Source of the DNA: an uncultured Thermoplasmata archaeon
GTDB taxonomy: Archaea > Thermoplasmatota > Thermoplasmata > Lutacidiplasmatales > UBA184
Direction: 5' to 3'
Assembly: GCA_963713145.1 (NCBI GenBank)
Contig: CAVQKI010000006.1
Coordinates: 74,369-138,368, forward strand
DNA: 64,000 bases
Below are positions 11,201-19,286 of this stretch, in pieces; position 1 is the first letter of the stretch; every line of letters begins with the position of its first letter. A model generated the notes under the pieces. That model was not told the origin of the DNA, searched no databases, and saw only the letters and a list, made by a program, of their open reading frames with translations. Both the position numbers and the translations under genes were made by a program.

Positions 11201-12049
11201 CGGGCTCACCGGAATGGTACCGCCGACACACTGGAAAACGCCGCCGTACACGAAGAGGATCTGGTTCACGCCAGCCGTGTTGTTGTAGCAACCAGAGTAG
11301 ATCGTTCCGGGCCGGATGACCGGGGTTCCGGAGGTGAAGTTGAACGTGTCGTCCACGAAGTGGATGCCCGTGTCGTTCCAGTCGACCACGTTCTGGGTCC
11401 AGAAGAATCCCGCGTCCGACCCGGGGAATGTGATATTCGTCGCGACCGTGTTCAGCTGGATGCCGAACTCGTACACGCTTCCCACGTAACCGAGATGCGA
11501 GCCCTGCGCCGACGGCTCGATGACACCGGTGGATCCGGGGTCGGTGGCGTTCGGGGGTGTGTTGAAAGTCACCTGGCCGAGGAGGTGTGAAGTGTTGTAC
11601 GAATAGGTAGACGCCCCGAGCCCGAAGTCCCCGAGACCCAGCGGCGCCGGTTGTGCCACGTAGCCGGGGGTGATGGCCGCGGCCACGGAGGTGGCCGGGT
11701 GCGCGAGCAGGTTGAAGTTGGGGAGGGAGACGAGGGGTTTGAGCGACAACGCGTCGCCATCCAGCGACCGGATCCAGGGCGCTTCACGTACACCGGATGG
11801 TAGCCCCGAGAGGAGAGAGCCGTAATGGAATGCGGGCGCCGTCGGCTCAGAATCGAGTGGTCCGAAGGACGCGATGCCCGTTTCCAGACCTGCATTCGCG
11901 CCCGACGCGGCTCCGATAGAGATCCCGGGGGGCGTCGGGGCTCCTGAAGGGGGAGTTCCCGAAGCCCCCACAAGGCCGCTCGTCGCCAGCCCCATCCACC
12001 CAAAAGCCGCCAACGCAACAATCGCCACGACCAAGGCCTTCGATGCCAT
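8291..12049 (-). CDS. giant secreted thermopsin-family (peptidase A5) protein with parallel beta-helix repeats and three C-terminal beta-sandwich repeats
   Basis: Signal peptide MASKALVVAIVALAAFGWMGLATSG from the ATG at 12049. Motifs GLGDFGL, FGIQLNTV, FFWTQNVV, FVDDTFNF, RDAEIDIVGDIGGDNA and FGADTGETS parallel Sulfolobus thermopsin as I recall it (GIASFGL, LQFNIVL, YWLQDV, FIDNVWN, YYDAELVWGGGGNG, FGADTAEA). The central part has PbH1-like repeats (GVWVGDS, GIQDIG, GVGVVAG, GVQITG, GVGIFDG). Three units of about 85 aa begin YFVTFTETGLP, YTITFHEAGLA and QAVTFAESGLP. Confidence 0.8.
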   Translation of the reverse strand: MASKALVVAIVALAAFGWMGLATSGLVGASGTPPSGAPTPPGISIGAASGANAGLETGIASFGPLDSEPTAPAFHYGSLLSGLPSGVREAPWIRSLDGDALSLKPLVSLPNFNLLAHPATSVAAAITPGYVAQPAPLGLGDFGLGASTYSYNTSHLLGQVTFNTPPNATDPGSTGVIEPSAQGSHLGYVGSVYEFGIQLNTVATNITFPGSDAGFFWTQNVVDWNDTGIHFVDDTFNFTSGTPVIRPGTIYSGCYNNTAGVNQILFVYGGVFQCVGGTIPVSPASYPVTIQLYNNATINAQNRTQVSYGYWIDEAGTGTIYTGISDTVVFNNPTAPHTAPTRTPGFSIDGFAPTPLGLLRDAEIDIVGDIGGDNAVFRSVNGSVNLEYSNASVGGWQNVPSAYNFGADTGETSTGIADYWMPAHTLEINQGPAMLYGLWNARPSVSVAPGDIQLSGTVTPSYGFVFVSNTAPPADPFAAGAPADNLSWLPTNDLGQFNTYLPPPGAPWTPQYYVQAFASGSAEVNGTPVTGNTPSYVLTLPPELDNLDAPLYMFGNAQAATLAANLGGLGTPPYRFSDLRVNINASFNHLNDYAYPSFELVMAQGVTQGVVVCNITQGQDSPGGNFYILDGPAFGLLSPAPEITGSLPGYTSQINLFGGTGDLVSNETVGAVAAQGGAVVLWGETDPTVSDVVSETASQGVWVGDSVGTTVRGLTVVGANGIQDIGSLHTTGANITAIAGYGVEAFSSVDGAFSWINVTDGGVGVVAGVDYGPSVNYDTYYDLPGTIGLAVNELNITSGAVGASMAFSNGSVFTNVSASGAIVGIALDNTLDTSVNGLSASQTDIAVDVYNGDPTTLTHVTAFDGTVGVQITGATSHTVVTQSVFAENLGLGVGIFDGTDNFVYNNTFFANDGSPSVYNANQPQAYSIPGNWFNSSGGVGNYWSDWHVFSGDHLAPYPVATGVFDYYPLTSGPGTYFVTFTETGLPPIGKQWSVSLDSLHASTAGTAHTPTVTSVSFAVPNGTYGYVIVGPSGYRVTSPSNPEGLLSVNGANVSKSVTFSRGATYTITFHEAGLARGKTWCVGIGANECSTTASVVFKNLTPWTYSYVIGQPLYVSTTLVKVGSTWVVQSSGSTTALRSETIQVRFAQAVTFAESGLPAATSWSVSAGGLTGTSTNSTILLYLPNGTYGFTVHAVSGYRAIPSSGHVRVAGASVFTTIVFSVRPGHEPAMLTLGGGAGFRSGARAIEVDRVG

Positions 12050-12185
12050 GCTCGGCCCCCTCCCCGCGGGGAATGGCATCGCCCGAAATCAATCTGCCGA
12101 CCAGCCCAGTGGCCGCCCGGACCCACCTTTCTTCGGATGGCTTGGCCACCGCCGTACGCCGCGTCGCTGCGCGGGACTGCCCCGT

Positions 12186-12203
12186 AACAGTTCCCGTACA
12201 CAC
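12186..12203. repeat. 18-bp direct repeat AACAGTTCCCGTACACAC, copy A (abuts the IS left end)
   Basis: Identical 18-mer at 12186-12203 and 13930-13947, read directly from the sequence. Confidence 0.9.
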
Positions 12204-12257
12204 GGTTCTGTTCGGTTATCGGAGGTCGGCATCCGGGAAACCGCGAGTGTTTGGAAT

Positions 12258-12286
12258 CGGGGGGCGACCGGTACGGTCGCCCCCCG
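12258..12286. other. perfect 13-bp-stem hairpin CGGGGGGCGACCG-GTA-CGGTCGCCCCCCG inside the IS, downstream of the transposase stop
   Basis: Read directly from the sequence. Possible terminator or structural element. Confidence 0.5.
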
Positions 12287-12414
12287 ATCGCCTCCGGTCA
12301 GCGAGTAGCTGGGCGAAGTGGGGCAAGCCTATTCACGCGCACCTTGGGAGGCTAACGACTAGGTTCCCGCCAAGGCTCCCCAGTGTAGCCCCGGTGATAC
12401 TCCAGCACGCATCG

Positions 12415-13709
12415 CTATGCAGCCGCGAGCTGCCGTCCGGAGGCCTGGGGACGCGGTGGACGCGGGGCGGAGACAACCAGAGTAATCTCAGCCTGCCCGG
12501 GTGGAACCGGCCGTTCGGCAGCCTCGATTATCTCCTTCCACTTCAACCCCTCAGGGTCGGGGAGGCCAGCGGCAACTCCGGGCGTTGTCCCCAAGGCACC
12601 ATGCGTCCGCACCATGTTGTAGTGCACCCGAAATCCTTCCATGAGCAACTTCGCTCCCTTGCTGCCATCGAACCCTCGCATCACCTTGATCCTCTCCTTT
12701 TCGGTCCCATGCAGCCGTTCGACCAAGTTGTTCGATTTCTTCGCTCGGATCGAACGCACCCTGACGTGGGGATTGACCACCTCCGGTCCGCTCCTGAAAG
12801 CAAGCTCCCGACCGATGGCTTTCCGATACGCCGGAAGACCGTCCGAGAATACCACGAGCGGTCGATCGGGTGTGGTCTCCTTCGCGCGTTTGATCGGTAC
12901 CCTGGCGTCCCGAACTCTGCGCAGTTTCGTTACGTGCGTGGCCAGCAAGAACCGCGTATTGGCGTCAAGAACATTCCACACCCATCGCGGGTCACCATCG
13001 GACATCACGACGGTTTCGTCCACATGCCACTTTTCGCCGGTCCGGGGACCCAACGAATCCATCCAGCCCGCCGACTTCGGGGCGAAGCGGGCAATCCACC
13101 CATAGATCGTGCCTGGAGCCACAGAGAGCCCGTGGGCCTGCTTCAAGTGATCCGAGACCTTCCGCAGTGAGAGACCCCGGAAGTACAGGTCGAGAGCGAG
13201 CCCGACGGTCCGCGTATTGTTGCGAAGCCGCGGTCCCCCGTCTAACGTAAACCGGGACCGGCACGCCTTGCACAGATACCGGCCGATCGCACCCGCCGGT
13301 TATGCCGCCGCCCGAAACGAATGACTTTAGAAGAGCCGCATCGGGGGCATTCCCACGCTCGGGTACCTTCGCTCGGCGGTTCCCCGAGCTTTTCTCGATA
13401 GCGAACCGACCGTATGTGGATGCACGCAAGCCCCGTCGACCGGTGGAAGGCACAGGTGCACGACCATCGATCTTTCCGGATCAGGATCGCGTATCTCCGG
13501 TCAGGCCGGCTCTGGGACCGAACCTCATACCGAACCGGAGAGACCGAGCGTATCTGGTCCCCGCGCGCGACGATTGCCAGCGCCGGCGTCCTCTGATCGG
13601 GCCAGGGACGCAGGACCTTCGTCGCCAAGTTTCCGCTCGCCTCCTGGCGACGGGCCCTTGGCCGTAGTCGCTTTCCACCTCGGCGGAAGCTGGAACGTGT
13701 CGGGTTCAC
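12415..13709 (-). CDS. IS6-like DDE transposase with N-terminal SWIM-type and zinc-ribbon modules; frame broken at about 13285-13305
   Basis: The upstream ORF 13242..13709 carries WSCTCAFHRSTGLACIH (SWIM-like CxCx..CxH) and ECPRCGSSKVIRFG. After the frame switch come RYLCKACRSRFTLDGG, an HTH-like stretch (LSLRKVSDHLKQAHGLSVAPGTIYGWI), then WHVDETVV, VFSDGLPAY and NNLVERLHGTEKERIKVMRGF...YNMVRTHGALG. Confidence 0.75.
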
Positions 13710-13929
13710 GCCCCCAGACCTCCTTGTCTGACAGTTGTACCGGCGCGACCGTCCGTTCGTGAGGGATTAGCGGTGGTGGGCTCACGCGAGATGGGTAGCG
13801 ACCCGTTTGTCCGACATCGCGATGCGCACTGGAATGTGATGACCGGGCCCAGACTCACCTCGGGAACGCTCGTCGACCACCCGTTAACCGAACACCAACG
13901 GAACGAGACCCCTTCACCACCCGATTCTG

Positions 13930-13947
13930 AACAGTTCCCGTACACAC
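13930..13947. repeat. 18-bp direct repeat AACAGTTCCCGTACACAC, copy B (30 bp outside the right IR)
   Basis: Identical to 12186-12203. Confidence 0.9.
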
Positions 13948-14059
13948 CAACGGTTAAATATGGCGGACAGGGCTCGGAAGACGCTGCTGACAACCGTCCG
14001 ACAAACGGGTTGTCTTTGGCGCCAGATGGGGTGGAGCTAGGGTCGCCGGAGGGTGCTCG

Positions 14060-17000
14060 ATGTACCTAAAACGAATCAAGCTCCGAAATTTCAAGTCGTT
14101 CTCAGGGGCGACGGAGGTCCCGTTCCAGCCCGGTTTCACGGGCGTGGCCGGTCCTAACGGGATGGGCAAATCGAACATCTCGGACGCGATCCTGTTCGTC
14201 CTCGGACCCACGAGCTCCAAGGCGCTCAGGGCCGATCGCCTGACGAGCTTGTTCTTCAACGGCGGCTCGTCCAAGAAGCCGGCGACCGAATGCGAGGTCT
14301 CGCTCGTGTTCGACAATTCGGATCGGCTCATCCCCTCCGAGTCCGCGGACGTCGAGGTGACCCGATACGTGAAGCTCGCGCCGAGCGACCCCGACGGGTA
14401 CTACTCCTACTTCTACGTCAACGGGAAGCGCTCGACGCAGACGGAGATCGACTCCCTCCTCTCGCACGCCCGCCTGTCCGGCGACGGGTACAACCTCGTC
14501 CAGCAGGGGGACGTGAACAAGATCGTCACGATGGGAGCGGTCCAGCGCCGCGGCCTCGTGGAACGCCTCGCGGGGATCAGCCAGTACCGACGACGAGCTC
14601 GAGCGCGCCGATGCCAAGCGGACGAACCTCGACCAGAACCTTGACCGCATCCAGACGCTCCTCGCGGACATCAAGGTCCGACTTTCGGCCCTCGAGGGAC
14701 AACGGCTCCAGGCGATCCAGTACAAGCAGCTCCTGGACGATAAGCGCCGGTCCGAGGCGCGCCTCGCGCGGGCCGGGCACCGGCTGGCCGAGCAAGAGCT
14801 CACCACCTGCCGCACCCAGGTCGAACGGGTTCGGACGGAGATCTCCCAGCTCGAGCAGAAGCGAACCGAGCTCTCCGGAAAGCAGCAGGAGCTCACCGCC
14901 GCCGTCGACCGCATCGAGCGAGAGATCGCCGAGGCGGGCGGAGAGGCGGCCGTCCGATTCAAACAGGAGCTCGACGAGAAGAAGCTCGCGCGCGCCCGCG
15001 CCGAGCAGAACCTCGAGAACCTCAACGAGTCGGTCGCCACCGTGACCAAGGAGACGGACGAGCTCGCGAAGGCGCTGGCCTCCGAAGAGACCCAGCAGAA
15101 GCAGCTGAAGGCGAAGGAGACCCAGCTCGGCACCCAGGTCGCCACGCTCGAAAAGAAGGTCGGCGACCAGACCCGGGAGATCCAATCCGCAACGGCGCCC
15201 TCGGGGAAGTCTAAGGACGGCCTGGCGTCGGCGCGCAAGGAGCAGCTCGATCTCGCGCGACAGCAGGAGTCCAAGCAGAAGGCGTGGCAGGCCGCGGTCA
15301 CCGCGAGGGAGACCGCGAGCGCCGCCACGCAGGCGGCCGAACGAACCCAGGCCCAGACCGAGGAGGACCTTAGGGAACGGGAGGTCGAGGTAAAGGACCT
15401 CGAACTTAGGATGCGGGACGCCCAGCCCGGGCGGTCCGGTGGAACCGCTTCGACCGGGGACCTGCAGAAGGAACTTTTCACCCTCAAGACGAAAGAAGAT
15501 TCGCTCACGAAGGAGGGCGAGCGACTTTCGAAGGAGGTTCAGGAGCTCAACCACCGCTACCTCGCTCTCGACGCCCGCCTGAAGGCGCGGACGGAGGGCG
15601 GATCCCGCCCCAACGCGCTCGCGGCCGTCGACTTCCTCCTCTCCCAACGGAACCTGGGGAAGATCGAAGGGATCCGGGGAACCGTCGAGGAGCTCGCGGA
15701 GTTCGAGCCGAAGTACAAGACCTCGCTCCAGGTCGCCGGCGGAAGCCGGTTCCAGGCTCTGGTCGTCGAGACCGACCAGGTCGCCGAGGAGTGCATCAAG
15801 CTGCTGCGCGACGAGCGCCGCGGACGCGCGACGTTCCTCCCGCTCAACAAGATGCTCGCGGGGCGAGCCCACGGGAAGTCCCTGGTCGCCGCGAAAGCGG
15901 CGGGCGCTGCCGGATTCGCCCTCGACCTCGTGAAGTTCGATGCCTCACTTCAGCCCGCCTTCTGGTTCGTGTTCGGCGAGACGGTCGTCATGGACGACCT
16001 CACGCACGCCCGCGCCCAGATGGGCGGTGTCCGGCTCGTCACGCTGACGGGCGACCTGATCGAGGCGACCGGCGCGATCTCGGGCGGATACGTCGACCCG
16101 ACGAACCAGGGTCGGGGCGCCGACAGCGCCACGGAACTGAAACGCCTCGGAGACGAGCTCCGCCAGAAGAGCGGGGCGCAAGCGGCCGCACGAGAGGAGC
16201 TGGCCAAGGCCACCGAGCGGATTCGGATCGTTGCCGAGGAGCTCTCCACTCGGTCGATCCGAGACGAGGCGCACCAGGCCACGCGGGAGACGGTCGAGAA
16301 GGACCTCGCCGCAGCGCGAGAACGTCTCGTCGCGTCCCGGGAACGCATCGCGAAGGCTTCGACCGAGCGAAAGAGCGCCGAGACCGCAGTCCGGTCCGCC
16401 CAGAAATCGGTGGACGAGCTTGCCCAGGCCCTCGTGGACCTGAAGACCGCGATCCAGGGCGCTCAGGAATCGGTACCTTCTCACAGCTCCCCCAGGCGCT
16501 CTCCTCTCGCCTGAAGGCGCTCCAGGAGGAGGGCCAGAAGACACAGGAAGAGCGGGTTCGCGTGAACGGCGAGCTCCAGTCCGTGCGCGCCTCCCTTACC
16601 TCGCTTGGCGGGCAGATGGAGGGTCACCGGAAGGAACTCGAGACGGCCCGCGCCGCGATCGCCGCGAAGAAGAAGGAGATCGCAGGGATCCAGAAGGTCG
16701 TCCGCGAGGCCGAAGAGGCTCTCCAGGGCTTGAAGTCCGTCGAGGCTCGGCAGACCGAGGCCGCCCGGGCGCAGGCAGACCGAAAGCGGAAGATCGAGCT
16801 GGACCGGCTCTCCGTCGTGAGCGAGCTCGCGAAGTTCCAGGCCAACCTCGAGTCGCGGCAGGGGATGCTGACGCAGGAGGAGACCCGGGTCGCCGTCGCC
16901 GAGGCGAAGTTCAAGGAGCTCGAGGAGGCCCTCCGCCAGTTCCCTGAGCCCGAGGCGAACGAGAAGCCAATCTCGCTGGACGAGCTCAAGCGGAAGATCT

Positions 17001-17689
17001 CCACCCTCGAGCAGCAGCTCGCCGCCCTCGGGGATGTCAACCAGAGGGCCGTCGAGGAGTACGACGCCGAGAAGACGCGCCTCGACGAGTTCACCTCCGA
17101 ATCGCAGCGGCTCACGAGCGAGAAGGGCGAACTGCTCGGTCTCGTGGGCGAGATCGAGAAGAAGAAGCGGGAACGGATCGGCGAGGTCGTCACCCGCGTC
17201 AACACCAATTTCCGCGAGATCTACGGCGAGCTGTCGGCGGGAGGCGAGGGCGAGATCGCCCTCGAGAACCCGGACGACCCGCTCGCCGGAGGCCTTCTGA
17301 TCAAGGCACGCCCCATCGGCAAGACGGTCGCCCGGCTCGAACAGCTTTCGGGAGGGGAGAAGTCGCTCGCCAGTCTCGCGTTCATCTTCTCGCTCCAGCG
17401 CTACGACCCGAGCCCCCTCTACGTCTTCGACGAGGTGGACATGTCGCTCGACGGCCTGAACGCCGAATACGTCGGCCGCCTCTTGCGCCGCAACGCCGAG
17501 CGCGCCCAGTTCATCGTGATCTCGCTCCGCAAAGTGACGCTGAAGTTCGCCCACCAGCTCTTCGGCGTCACGATGCGGGGCGACGGCTGTTCGCGCGTCG
17601 TGGGGATCCGGCTCGACGAGATCCAAGACGTGGAAAGCCGTGAGAACGCCCGGGTCCCCGAGGCCGCCGCGCCCGTGGAGGCGCGATGA
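14060..17689 (+). CDS. smc: chromosome segregation ATPase SMC (two frame breaks as assembled: about 14586-14590 and about 16465-16475)
   Basis: N-terminal MYLKRIKLRNFKSFSG...GPNGMGKSNI (Walker A). Long coiled-coil segments. Hinge region GTVEELAEFEPKYKTSLQVAGGSRFQALVV. C-terminal LSGGEKSLASLAFIFSLQRYDPSPLYVFDEVDMSLD. The pieces lie in ORFs 14060..14644, 15042..16514 (frame open back to about 14590) and 15791..17689. ...AGISQY joins DDELERADAKRTNLDQN if one base is dropped. Confidence 0.9.
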
Positions 17690-18642
17690 CGCTGGGGATG
17701 GCCGAGGCGCCCACGCTCGAGGTGGCCCCGGCGGTCCCGCGGGAGGCCGCGGAGAAGGTCCTCCGGTACCTCGTCTTCCACCGTTCCCTGCTCGGCGAGA
17801 GCGAGGACGGCTCCGCCCTCCTCGAACGGTATCTCGGTCTCGTCGAGAATCTCAAGGAGGGGCTCCATGTCGTCATCCCCGACCCCTACCAGAAGGCCAC
17901 CGCCCTCCTGTTCGAGCTCGTGATGGAGGAGGAGTTCGACCCGTGGGAGATCGACCTCGTGAAGTTCACCCAGACCTACCTCGACCGGGTTCGGGAGGAG
18001 GGGGCGGTCAATTTCGCGATCGCCGGCCGGCTCGTCTACATGGCCTGGAGCATACTCTACCTCCAGTCGGAAGCGGTCCTGAGGATGCGCGAGACGGTCG
18101 ACGCGGCCGTCGATTCGACGGACGCGATGGCCGGGGCCCAGGACGACGGATACCTGCCGCTCATGACCAGCCCGGAGGCCGTGGACGTCACGTCCGCGGT
18201 CCTCGGGTCGGCCGACCCTCCGCCGCTTCTCGGTATGATCCGGCATCCGGAGACCCGCCCGGTCTCGCTCCTCGAGCTCGTTCGCGCGTTCGACGAGGCC
18301 GAGGCGGGGGCCCGACGCGCGATCAAGATCCAGGAGCTTCGCGAGCGCCTCCGGGAAGAGCAGCGTGCCCCTCCCGAAGTTCTCGTCCACGGCGACATCC
18401 CCGAGCTCGACCTCGCGGACGCGTGGGAAATCACGCTCCGTCACCCCATGGGGGAAGCGTTCCCGTTCCTGGACCTGTGGAACCCGCTCTCGGGAAGGGA
18501 CCGTCTGGTCGCGATCTTCCTGGCCACCCTGTTCCTGGCGCGCGAGCGGTCGATCGAGCTCCGTCAGGAGATCCTGGGGGAGTCGCCCGTCCTCGTCGTC
18601 CGCACCGCGGAAACCCGACGCAAGACCTTGGCGGAGGCGTGA
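17686..18642 (+). CDS. scpA: segregation and condensation protein A (kleisin)
   Basis: FDPWEIDLVKFTQTYLDRV...FAIAGRLVYMAWSILYLQS. The start ATG overlaps the smc stop (ATGA). Confidence 0.85.
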   Translation: MTLGMAEAPTLEVAPAVPREAAEKVLRYLVFHRSLLGESEDGSALLERYLGLVENLKEGLHVVIPDPYQKATALLFELVMEEEFDPWEIDLVKFTQTYLDRVREEGAVNFAIAGRLVYMAWSILYLQSEAVLRMRETVDAAVDSTDAMAGAQDDGYLPLMTSPEAVDVTSAVLGSADPPPLLGMIRHPETRPVSLLELVRAFDEAEAGARRAIKIQELRERLREEQRAPPEVLVHGDIPELDLADAWEITLRHPMGEAFPFLDLWNPLSGRDRLVAIFLATLFLARERSIELRQEILGESPVLVVRTAETRRKTLAEA

Positions 18643-18644
18643 AC

Positions 18645-19286
18645 ATGCCCTCGAAGCTCGACGACCTGGTCCTCCAGGTCGAGGCGGTCCTCTTCGCCGC
18701 GGGCAAGCCTCTGTCGGTGAAGGAGCTCACGAGCGCGATGGGGCTCGAAGACTACCGGCCGGTCCAGCGGGCCGTTCGGACCCTCGAGCAGACGTACGAG
18801 CATCGTCAGTCGGCGCTGGAGGTCCGGCGGGTCGGCGACCGGTACGCCCTGCAGCTCCAGGAGCGTTACGTTCCGGGCGTCCACGCCGTAACGCCGGTCG
18901 AGATGGCGCCGCGGACGCTGAAGGCCCTCACGCTCGTTGCCTACCATCAGCCGATCCTCCAGAGCGTCCTCGTGCGGATGATCGGGGAGGTCGCCTACGA
19001 GGAGGTCCAGCACCTCCGCGGGATCGGTCTCGTCCACACCGAACCGAAGGGTTCGACGCTCGAGCTCACCACGACCCGCCGCTTCGCGGAGTACTTTGGG
19101 ATTCCCTCGGGCCGGACGGAAGAGATCCGGAAGTTCCTCGAACAGAAGCTCGGCGTCGCCCCTCCCGCGCCCCCGGTCGAAACGTCCGCGGATGGGGAAG
19201 GGATCCCGGGGACCACGCCTGCGGTCGAGCCGGGGGCCGAGACCGCCGCTCCGTCGCCGCCGCCGGCCGCGCCGCCCGTTCCCTAG
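18645..19286 (+). CDS. scpB: segregation and condensation protein B
   Basis: The ATG at 18645 lies inside the long 17640..19286 frame. LQVEAVLFAAGKPLSVKEL...LEVRRVGDRYALQ...LKALTLVAYHQPI...IGLV, followed by a Pro/Ala-rich tail. Confidence 0.85.
   Translation: MPSKLDDLVLQVEAVLFAAGKPLSVKELTSAMGLEDYRPVQRAVRTLEQTYEHRQSALEVRRVGDRYALQLQERYVPGVHAVTPVEMAPRTLKALTLVAYHQPILQSVLVRMIGEVAYEEVQHLRGIGLVHTEPKGSTLELTTTRRFAEYFGIPSGRTEEIRKFLEQKLGVAPPAPPVETSADGEGIPGTTPAVEPGAETAAPSPPPAAPPVP

Larger units (their letters stand above)
12204..13899 (-). mobile_element. IS6-family-like insertion sequence (about 1.7 kb)
   Basis: Left end GGTTCTGTTCGGTTATCGG (12204-12222). The reverse complement of 13881-13899 is GTTGGTGTTCGGTTAACGG, 15/19 identical. 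GGTTCTGTT is the terminal motif I recall for IS6-family members such as IS257. The element encodes a DDE transposase with IS6-like motifs. Confidence 0.65.
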
